A stretch of DNA of 64,000 bases from Antedon mediterranea (lineage: Eukaryota; Animalia; Echinodermata), in the NCBI RefSeq assembly GCF_964355755.1, contig NC_092671.1, positions 17,174,001-17,238,000 on the forward strand. The letters run 5' to 3'. The notes beneath the pieces are model-generated. The model was not told the origin of the DNA. It worked only from the letters and a program-made list of their open reading frames with translations, and made no database searches. The first letter of the stretch is position 1. Each line of letters opens with the position of its first letter. Below, in pieces: positions 28,201 through 40,200 of the stretch. A program made the position numbers and the translations under genes.

Positions 28201-31200
28201 AGCACAGAATAAGATTCACAAACATTTTTTTTTAAATGTTACTTTAATTAATTTTAAAACAATAAAGAGAATGGGAAAAAGCCACCCTAACTAAAAAGAT
28301 ACATACTTAAAACCTACATGATATGCATACATCCTAACCATTAGGCTACTGGGGCTTTCAAATTTGATTTGATGAGGTGCGGCGGAACAGAATTCAAAAT
28401 GTCAAAATGAGTGGGAACTTCAAAAAGATACTTTTACATATATAAATTAACAGGCAAAGAGTCAATTATAAATCGCTCGGGGATATACTGAAAATGAATT
28501 AATTTACGATAAAGATGAGAAAATTAATTGTTATACATGTAATACATTTATCTAAACGAGTATTAAGAAATCAGAAATAAAATGAATACCTGATGTCGAA
28601 CTATAGCAGGAAATTTGATATGCAAATGAGCTGAAAACCAATACTCAGGTTGTAAGAAGTGGAGTAACTCTTCAGAAGGAGGGCTTCCTAAGAACATATA
28701 AATAATTGAAAGTGTAATATTACATAGTAAATTGGATGAAAATATAAAGATACCCAGAGGATGGGTGTAACGGCAGTATGCGTAAACTAGCAAACAATTA
28801 CGTAATTGTTGTACCTGGGTTAATTTGCATAAATGCCAGGGGACGTCGACGTATAATAGAATCTCACTGCTAGTGTTGAGATGATGCCAGCGTATAGACC
28901 GGAGGTCTTAGTTAGTATTAAGAAGTTACACTATATGGAGAATTCACAAAATAAAATATCTCGATTGTTACATGATACAAGCTTCCGTGTTCTTTCTTAC
29001 GTATTATCTCAACTCAAAGAAGTGGCCAGTGAGGCCGCGGCTACAATGGGTTTCAATGTAGTTTAAAACCACATGAAACCAGACAGAAATGCAAGGCAAA
29101 TACTACAATGTTCCATTGTTGTATCTATAGGCACAAAAATATTGTACAGAATTCCAATGAATGTTCTAGAAATTAAACAGTATAGAGTATGTAATAGCAT
29201 CTGTGATATTGTTTTCATATTGTTTTAAAATATTTTATTATTTAATATTTTTAATCCATTCTGTTTGTGGCGGGTTTCCCACTCTCCAAATTAATCAATA
29301 AATATATGTATAAACATTATTTAAAAAGACCAAAGTAGTAAAAATCAAAATGATATTAGTTTTTTATGCAGGTATAGGTAGGGAAAAAAATCATTCAAAC
29401 TATATATAACATTCTATACTATTATTATTAAAATGCAATAGTGCTGCAAATTGTTTGGAATACATGTAAAGTAGGCCAGTTCATGGTAGAAACTTTAAAG
29501 ACAAAATTCTAGCTTATATTATACACACTAGAGCTAAATCCAGGAGAAGATTGAAGTTAAGCTTGTCTATACACTTTCAGACATAAAATTGTTAATGAAT
29601 TGATAAAGTCGGCAATATTCAGCACAGATCTAGAGTGTCAACAACATTTAGAAATCGATAGTTTAATATTTTCCATTAAATAAATATATTCCGCATTATT
29701 TAAATGTATGCCACCTGATTGGTTATTTCCAACCATTTATAGAGGGCACATATCTGCATTTAATGTAGGTAGTAATGATAAACTGATTAGGCCAGTGTAG
29801 GCAGCCGGGAAGACACTATGTAACTGGTATTCTCTGTATCATAATTTTCATTTTTTATAGGGCTTTTCTCTGTTCAACTTCAATCTGTATTTTATGTTTA
29901 CGATTGCAATAAATCAATTGCTAATATTACATACTATAGCCCTTCATCATCTGAAGACCAATATACAATATCCCTCAACTTGAACCCAGGGTGTTTTGTT
30001 TCAGTGTGCATCACAATGTTGAACATTAGGATTGTGCTTATTTGGTTACTTAATACTTAATTATATCTCAAGTTAAACATTAAGAATGTATTTATTTAAT
30101 GTCTTTAGGTACATGGCCAAGGATTACCAATTAAATTAATCCTACCATCATATTTTGTGAATCAGATCACCGAATAACCTACCTCGAAAGTGAACATGGA
30201 CAAACTATGAACATTGGACTTACAGTTTATAGTTCTTATCCGAGAAGATTTGTTCAACAACCAGAACTAGGAGTAAAATCGGCATTGAACCCATGCCCAA
30301 TAGAATAAACACAACATAAAATGTAAGAAAATAAATTTGCTTTTACAGATTACCTAATGTTGTTGTCTCAATCTCCTCCTTCATAAATGGTTTAAAACGG
30401 AAAATTTTGTTTTTGTTACCATGGTGATAAACTCCTCTTGGCCAGTCGTGAGAAAGAATAATATCTGGTGATTTATTTAGCTGTAATTATAAAAAAATAA
30501 AATGTTAATTGTTTAAGAATGATAGAGAGAACTAGAAAGAAAACATTATTATAAGCAGATTATGTATAGTTTCATTATTACAAAAAATATGTATTGTAAG
30601 TTTGTAATTTATAAAGAGGACAACTTTACCATTCATAAGTATTGCTACGGACAAGAATTAAATAAAAATAAAAAAGTTTTTGGTTAATGCCAGACTTGTC
30701 TTGCCCACATGTTGAAATTCATCCTTTTTACCCAAATTGCCATTCGTGAGCCGGAAATCTGTGTTTGATCCCCAAGTATACTGAGTGTGAGATAACACTG
30801 ACGTTACTCCACTCTCAATGAATTCCCACTCTCGATCTCCACACACGCACACACCAGAGATACACATGTGCTTATATTTTCGGCTTTCCCGATAAACATC
30901 GTAGGCCTAACAAAACGTCTTAGTTTTGATTTCATTTTTGTTTGGTTGATAATTAAATGTCGCATGCAATAAAGGAAGTTTTACGCCTCACTTTCAACAG
31001 CCTAGCCTTAGTCAGATGTAGTGAGAACACAGATATGGTCTGATATCCCAATATCCGGTTCAAAACATCGTAATGAATAGGGACAAGTAATTTGTTCCTT
31101 CCCCGAGTTATTATTAGTCTTTTGCAATGTTGTACTGCTCTTGAGCTTTGAGTTTACTTGCTTTGGAGACAAGTCTATTCCGTACTTACAAATTTATAAA

Positions 31201-34200
31201 ATACCGTAACGTCTTCGCTCCGAATCTATCTATCTATCTATACACGTGTGTAAAACAGGTGAAAGCGACAGAAAATCAATGATGTTGACCCTCGTGTCAC
31301 AGGTTTTTTTTTTAAATACGGTATTTTTCAATGGCAGCAGAAATGGTTACAATTTTACAAATTTGAAAATACCATATTTTATCCACAAATTTGGTGGGGA
31401 AAATACGGTATACAAAATATGGTATTTTTTTTATGAGCGCTGTTTCAGCTGCCAAAAAAATACTGTATATATACGGTATTCAAAAAATACCGCAGAAACA
31501 GGGCCAAAGAAACATTTTTATAATCAGAAAGCATAGTAAATGATGAATGTAATGTTTCATGTCTATACTACTACATTATTCTCCTGACTGACCAACTCAT
31601 TCAACAAATTTGATACCATCTTGGAGGCATGCATGAATGTTTCACTAATCAATGCTGAATTCTATGACTTTTCATAAATTAAAATAAAATGATACATAAT
31701 TTGAATGTCTTGTGTCAACATTAACTCTTAATGATCAATGATAATACTAATGTATGCAGATTGATTGATCATGGACATCGTTTTAACTGCTGGTGTTCAC
31801 TCAGCTAAGCAACATGTTGCCATGGTAACATGTTTTGCATCATATAAGTGGTCCCTGGGTGATGGTTATGGTTGAAATGTTATCTTAGACTACTGTACAG
31901 GAATGGTTACTTTTCAGCAAAAATTACAGATTTTTTGTTATTATTTATTCAGGAAAAAATAACAAAACAATACAGAGAATTAAACAGATAAATGGTAGAT
32001 CTAAAGCTCTGTCTATACTATCAAATTTGACAATATGTGATGTGCCCATATATGAACATGATGATGTCATATCACTACCATATTTGGGCATATCACTACT
32101 ATATTTGGGAACATCACATGTCAAATTAGTTTGATAGTGTAGACAGAGCATCAGGAAGATTCAAGAGCAGCATGACGCTAATATCATCAATAACCTACTA
32201 CTATTTACCCACACAAACTGTAGAATTAAATTGATCATTTTAACTATTGTATATATAATATAAACACGTTGCCCGATGGATTTAATAGCAGGACTGTCAT
32301 GCCCAATGACAAACAAGAATACATTCTGTATTCTGTGGTCTATAATAGTTTGTTAGTAAATGAGAGATCTCGGTCCAAATTCAATATGGCAACATTTTTA
32401 AATTCTGCTTGTTTATATTATGACACTGCCCTTCATATGAGCAGGATGTTACTTACATTGAGCAGTGTATTTATAATACATTTCATCTTTATTTAGCTTT
32501 AAAATAAAATAAATTGTTCATATTACGTCAATAATGTTCTTTAAACTTTTCTGCTAGGTCATGGTGGTTTACATAATTCTTTATCATAACATTGATATAA
32601 CATTTATCAACAAACTAATCCATCAGTTCTACTATTACATTAGACATCCTGTTTATTTACCAACTAATTATAAAACTTTCAGCAAAGATAAATCATCTGG
32701 GATACAAAAATATCAACAATTCAAACCAACTCTGTGTGTGTTTTTTATAGTCAGCCATTTTATAAAAGGCCATATTGTGTGCATCCTTAATTTGAATTAT
32801 ATCAAAGAATAATATATTTTTCTTAAATTCATATTTGTCCTTAAGCTTAACTGGAAACTGAGGAAATTTTAATTAGGCACACAGGACCTTTATGTCTCAT
32901 CCAAAGGACGAGGCAATGGAATTAAAGCATCTTGCCTTACACTACAGTTAGCTTGCCCTACCACATGCTAGTCAGATATTATCATTACACCATCAATCTC
33001 CGGTATACAGTACAGAAAGAAATTACTGCTTCGTATCTACGCGTAGGCTTTCGTAGGTAGATCGTAGGTAGAACGTAGGTCATTGTTCTCTCCTACGATG
33101 TATTGTTTGTAGCCTACGATGTATTGTTTGTAGCCTACGATGTATTGTTCTCTCCTATGATGTATTGTTCTCTCCTACGATGTATTGTTCTCTCCTACGA
33201 TGTATTGTTCGTAGCCTACGATGTATTGTTCGTAGCCTATGATGTATTGTTCGTAGCCTACGATGTATTGTTCGTAGCCTACGATGTATTGTTCGTAGCC
33301 TACGATGTATTGTTATGAAATCTAGGCTACGCCTCGATCGTAGGGTGGTTCGTAGAAGCATGGACAATGCAAACAAACAATGTATTGTTTGCTAATTAAA
33401 ATCCTACCTAAAGATAGTAGGTCAATTTTTGTAGCCGCCCTACGCATCGGTTATCCTAATTTGGACGGAAATCCGCCGACGAAACGACATCGGGCCGGTG
33501 GACCTCAGCTCACGTAGAGAGAGTCGAGGCTAGGCCTAGCCTGTGTCGGCGGCCTACACTATAAATTATTTATTCCTACCTTGTTGGGTTAGCGAATTAT
33601 AAAAACAACGACACCTAGGCTAGGACACAAACAAAATATATGCAAAATAAATATATATTCCATATTAAGATTTAACATACATAATAGGCCTTTTAAAATG
33701 ATTACGACAGAAAAAGGCCCGACCAGAATTAATTGGAGGGGAAAAAACATGTGAGCTGAGCAGTTTAGAGAGTATTATGTTTCATGTCATGTGACACAAA
33801 ATCCAGGTACACGATCTTAATTACTGTTTTAACGTCGTCAGACGGTAGCCACCCTCTCATGCTCGTACCGAGTAAAAAAAACATGTGAGAGATTGCGGTA
33901 AAGCAGAGAGTATCGCGTTTCATGCCATGTGACAAAAAAAACTAGGTCTTCTGTCGGCAGTCTTTTTGAGCGACCGATTGAACGTCCTGATGCTATTATT
34001 TAGAATGAATTGTTTACGATCTTTTTTTCTCGGCATCGTTTCTGGATGGGACTGGACGTTCGCTATATTATGTTTATTAGTTGGCCTGTTTGTTGCGGTT
34101 CACCTGTGTTGGATTGTGTCTCTCTCTACATTATACATCGTGGGAAATTTATATTTATATTCGCCGTTGAGTAGGTAAACACGCACGAAGGAAAAGATTA

Positions 34201-37200
34201 CGATTACAAAATATTATTTATTTTTTATTAATTTACAACTTTTTCCTCCGCCAGTTAAATTTAACACATTCATTTCACACCTTACTTCACTAAGAACATC
34301 GTAGGGTTGTTTATTTAGGTTACAAACTCCCTACGAAGTTCAGAACGTAGCTCATTGAAAGTTGTTTATTGAGGTTACGAAGCCAAACAATGGAACCTAC
34401 GAAGCCAACAACGTAGCCTACGTTCTATCTACGAAGCTACTTCGTAGGTAAAGTTGCAGTATTTTCTTTCTGTACTGTATGCAGCACCCGCCGCAATCAG
34501 CAGTTTGTAATGTTTTCCATGTGGTAGGGCACTGCATACGTTGGGATGTAAATAACTTTTTGTCATCATACTAATCTAAGCCTGAACAGCCGGAAGGTTT
34601 TTATGATAAAAAAATGTTATCAACTACATGCTAACATCATGTTCATTTATTTGGATATTTAGTTGTTCGTTTTGAGCAATCTATTTAGTAGAAAACCACC
34701 AGACAGTTCATGTAAACTACCGGGCGCGTTGTTGTGGACACGTTTTCACGAAGGACAGTTTAATAATATTTCAATATTTAACTTGTTTCTGGTAAAATAA
34801 ATAAATAATTAAATTTAACATTGTAGTCTATTATTAACATGTATTTTATAATAATTTATATCATAATAACATTACTTGATTTTTTTGGATAAGTCAAATG
34901 GAAGAGAGAGAAGCGTAATTATGGCTGTTTACATTAAGTTAGTGTTACTGTCGGTCGTTCCATGATATATTTAACCAGGTGAATAGCATAAACTAGTATA
35001 TTACATAGCCTATATAAATACGCGAACGTGATTGGTTGAAACTGCATCACATGACTACCGCTGCGAGGATCGTAAATCGTATATATCCTCGAGAACGATG
35101 ATATTGACTGTGTAATTTTCGCGTAATAATCGTGTCCCCTGTCATTAATCATATAAATTCTCGAGTACGATGATATTGACTGTGTAATTTTCGTGTGCAA
35201 CACTCGAGTTTGCCGATAAATAAACAAAAGTCATTCACTCGATCTTGAACTCGGGTGGAATTGTCACTCCATCGCAAGACAACGTTTCATCCGCTGGGCC
35301 ACGGAATTTGCTTGAAGAAATTAATCTTCTAAACTATTTAAGTTATGCATACATAGCGCCCTCATTTGTTATAAGTCCACCCTAAATGTGATGAAACACC
35401 GTTTATGATTGGTCAATACTCACGGTAGTAACCTAGTAACTAGTACGCGCTGAACATCCGGTGATTCGGCTCCTCGAAGATCGAGAAGACGACGAATTGT
35501 TTATTCGGCCTACCTGATTATAATATTATTATTAATAGGCTTATTGATGGAAATTCTTCTGTTAATTTAAACGACCTAGGCCTAAGTGAATATTTTATTG
35601 CCAAGGAATCATTAATTAGTAATTATCTGTATATTATTCTTCGCAAGGTAAGGTGTCTAGGCAGGCTTGTTTTAAATACAATACAAATACTATAAGGAGG
35701 CCTAGCTAGCCTAGCTTCACCCAACCCAGCAGACTTGTTCTTGGCTATATAATATAACAGATATTGCCTTTTATATCGGTTAAATATAAGATTTGACATC
35801 CCCTCGGGAATGATATTAAGTTCTCGGGGAATATATATTTCCCTCAGCTGGCGCTTCGGGAAATATATATTCCCTCGAACTTAATATCATTCCCTCGGGG
35901 ATGTCAAATCTTATATTTAACCTCTAAGCAGTCAATATCTGTATAATAATGGATATACAATAGAACTGTAGAAGTAATTTGAAATGTAAAATTATTTATT
36001 ATTGACCTCAAACTTAACTGGAAAATTTGGATTACTGTACGGGACTTAGCAGTGCAGCACCTACCTAGAACAGCACACCGGGAGACAATCACCTACTACT
36101 TTCGAATAGTGTCTGTCCTATCCCAATGAGAAGATACAATCAGTATGGAACCCATGCTGACATGCTAGTCGGATTCCCTTATCAACCATCACTCTCCCGT
36201 CTATACAGCATGCAATGAGATTATTCCCAGATGGTCTCCATCCAAGAACACAACCAGTGTATGCCTGTATATATAATTTAGTAAAATTACCTGTTTCAAG
36301 CGGAAGACTTCCAGATTTCTGATATGATATGCGCTACGAGATGTGCTGCGATTGTAGGGAGGTCGCTCAAAGTGACCCTTCTTGTAGTCGTTTTGCTTGT
36401 AAATGCCAGATAAACCTGCTATCCTTAGACCACCATAGTTTAACACATTCGCATACCCTTTAATGATAGAAATGTGAACAGATTAAAAAATTAACATGTT
36501 TTGTGAGGGCAGTTGGTTTGTTAAATATTACAATTACAGAAAAAAAATTTAAGGGCATTGTGAAGTTTGGTTGAAAAAGGTGCATATTTAAGGCAAATAT
36601 TTTACTTCTTATTAGTGGATTACAATTTTGAACATAACAGGCCAATATAGTTCCCAGGGTTTCCACATAAATATTTGGAAATAATATTAGGCAAGAATGT
36701 GCTCTTTCCTTACATTTACAGGGGTAAATGTTAATGTTGTTCTGCAATGGTTGCTAATACATTTAACTAAATTATATTGTGTTAAATATATTCACAATCT
36801 ACTTAGCATAATGACATTTGTCCATGTTACCTGCTTAAATACTTACCAAAGTAATAAATATTGGGTGCCACCCATCCTCCATATGGCAACTCCTGTAAAT
36901 AATTGGATGCTTCATGGTTACCGCCAATAAACAATGTTAAAATTGGAGCTTTTTTCTCACCTGAATAATATCTATATTAAAAAAAATATTAAAATGTTAT
37001 TGTTAATAAAAAAAGACTTGTGTTTTATTTTGTAATTAGGATGGTAGTTTGATCTTGGTTTGAATTTTTAAGCACTTCTGATGGATGGAATTCTTATATT
37101 ACAGTACATGACATAGAGGTTTTTATGTGTGTATTGAAAATGCAGGTTATTATTAGTTAATAACATAGCAAATCTGATATAATGAAATGAATGAAATTGT

Positions 37201-40200
37201 TATGCCATTTTGCAGAAATATTATGTCTATGTAGGATAATTTTTTTTTTTTTGTCTGAGCTAAAGAAAAAATTACTCTTTCAATGGGCAATTATTCGTAA
37301 AACTTACTTGTAAAAAGAGTTCATTGTTTTATATTTATCTGGCACTGCCATACATTGCAAGTCTGCTTCATTTCTTACAGATTGAAAATCACCACAACAC
37401 AGCAGTAAGTCAACCTTTATATCTAACCAAAAAAAAAACATAAAATTGTGCACAACATTAATAGAGAAAGTGACATGTAATCAGATGACTACAGGTGCAT
37501 GGAAAAAATTCTTGCTCAATTTACAATTTGCAAAACTGTATCTGCACTAAACATTGGCTTTGCACATGTTAACTGTGCCTATAGAAAATCAATAAATTAC
37601 AAATGACCATGCTATGCCTAGAGTCCTGTACAGTACCTCCTTTAGGTACTGTAGGCTAACTACTAAGAAGTAGTACAAGCTAGGCCTAGTTAGTAACTTA
37701 CTAGTGTAGTAGTGGTAGAGTAGGCCTGTAAAAAATAATTTCCATTCTCGTTTCTATTTTATTTTTAACTAGTTAGATAAGCCTAAACGCCGTGGCCAGG
37801 GATATGGTAGCATATATTTTTCTCTGGATGCTATTAAAGATATGGTATTGAGAAGATTGGGCCTCAGTCCTTCTCAAAACCTGATAAAATAAAAGACGAG
37901 TTTTGAACTCATGGCATCGTTCCCCATCGCTCCCCAGTCTACACCGTTCGGCTACGCAGCTGGCTTGTAGAAGCATTGACATAACCTATTTCATTTACAT
38001 CTATGCTTACATAGCGCCCTCTATAATTACTGTTACTATATCTCTAAATTATTCTAGGTACTAGGCCTATTCTAGGCATACCGTAGCCTAAACCTAGCTA
38101 GGCCTAATCTAAACAACCTACATGTTTTTTGGGGGTCAGTCTAATTACCGAAAGCAATCCGAAAACAACATTTTAAAAATCTAAATACAAATTTTATATT
38201 TTTTTTAATGTCGCCCTCTACAATGACAAACAAGTACCGTATACATTCTGTATTCTGTGGTCTATAATAGTTTGTTAGTAAATGAGAGATCTCAGGTCCA
38301 AATTCAATATGGCAACATTTTTAAATTCTGCTTGTCTACTGTATATTATGACATTGCCCTTCATATGAGCAGGATGTTACTTACATTGAGCAGTGTATTT
38401 ATAATACATTTCATCTTTATTTAGCTTTAAAATAAAATAAATTGTTCATATTACGTCAATAATGTTCTTTAAACTTTTCTGCTAGGTCATGGTGGTTTAC
38501 ATAATTCTTTATCATAACATTGATATAACATTTATCAACAAACTAATCCATTAGTTTTACTATTACATTAGACATCCTGTTTATTTACCAACTAATTATA
38601 AAACTTCCAGCAAAGATAAATCATCTGGGATACAAAAATATCAACAACTCAAACCTTCTTCTAGCTAGGCCTAGTTAGTAACTTACTAGTGTAGTAGTGG
38701 TAAAGTAGGCCTGTAAAAAATAATTTTATTTCCATTCTCGTTTCTATTTTATTTTTAACTAGTTAGATAAGCCTAAACGCTGTGGCCAGGGATATGGTAC
38801 CGTATATTTTTCTCTGGATGCTATTAAAGATATGGTATTGAGAAGATTGGGCCTCAGTCCTTCTCAAAACCTGATAAAATAAAAGACGAGTTTCGAACTC
38901 ATGGCATCGTTCCCCATCGCTCCCCAGTCTACACCGTTCGGCTACGCAGCTGGCTTGTAGAAGCATTGACATAACCTATTTAATTTACATCTATGCTTAC
39001 ATAGCGCCCTCTATAATTACTGTTACTGTATGTCTAAATTATTCTAGGTACTAGGCCTATTCTAGGCATACCGTAGCCTAAACCTAGCTAGGCCTAATCT
39101 AAACAACCTAAATGTTTTTTGGGGGTCAGTCTAATTACCGAAAGCAATCCGAAAACAAAATCTTAAAAATCTAAATACAAATTTTATATTTTTTTTATGT
39201 CGCCCTCTACTGATAAGTGTTTCTAAAGCTAAGACAGAGAGAAGACCGCGCGTACAAAAGCCAAGACCCTACGAAATGGTAGTGTTCACAAAATACAAAC
39301 TAAAAAGCGTACAACAGCGTATAACCATGGTCCATGGTATAACACCGTACATTACTTACAAAATCTGTACACATATTTTGATTTATATTTTTTTGATTGT
39401 TGTTTGATTGTTAATGTTTTCGGTAATTAGACTGACCGCATTTTATTGTTATGCATTTCCTTTTTATGCAAAAATTTGGCGCTACTGCAGTTTCGCACCA
39501 CACTGTTATATCTTCGATTTCTCGCTTAATTTTTTTCTCACACCCACATCATACAATTTTGGGCCATTATGTAACATGTTCCCATGATTTAGCCACCGTT
39601 AATTAGCTTTATCATAACAAAAAATGCCTTTCAAAACCGCTCCTTTTTTCGCGAATACTTCGATCGAACTGTGGCCATTTTAGAATCAGAAAATTGCCAG
39701 AAATCAATGTATGTTTTATTTTCTGTTTTTATTTTTAAACTGCATGCAAAGAGTGGTTTTTATAAAGAACCAGCTGTACAGTACATCCATATCAAAACGG
39801 CGACGATATGAGTCCGTACATAAAACATTGATAGGAACCATTAATATGAATAATAATACTAATAATGAAATATTAATTTAACCTTTATTATTTCGTCGAC
39901 AGCCGAAAACATTTCTTGCTTTTCAAAACTAAATAGGCCTAGGCCTATATGTGTAATCGGATTTTATAACACTGCCCTCTATAGTTTATACAATTTTTGG
40001 GGTAAAATGAAGCATAAATTCTGGCAATTAAGTGATAAATATAAGATGGCGAACATTTCGCAATGTGTTGACAGCGAGTTCAGTATTGTTTAAAATGTTT
40101 TGAAAAGTATTGTTATTTAAAAAAAATTACTTAGTAAGTGGTCGAATCGGGATATGACCGGTTGGGCCGCCGACAAGTTGAGCCGCCGGTAATTTCTATG

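Noticed and set aside
31538-31590. Possible intronic C/D snoRNA (ATGATGA...CTGA)
   Set aside because: Too short, no terminal stem, and antisense to the DBR1 host transcript
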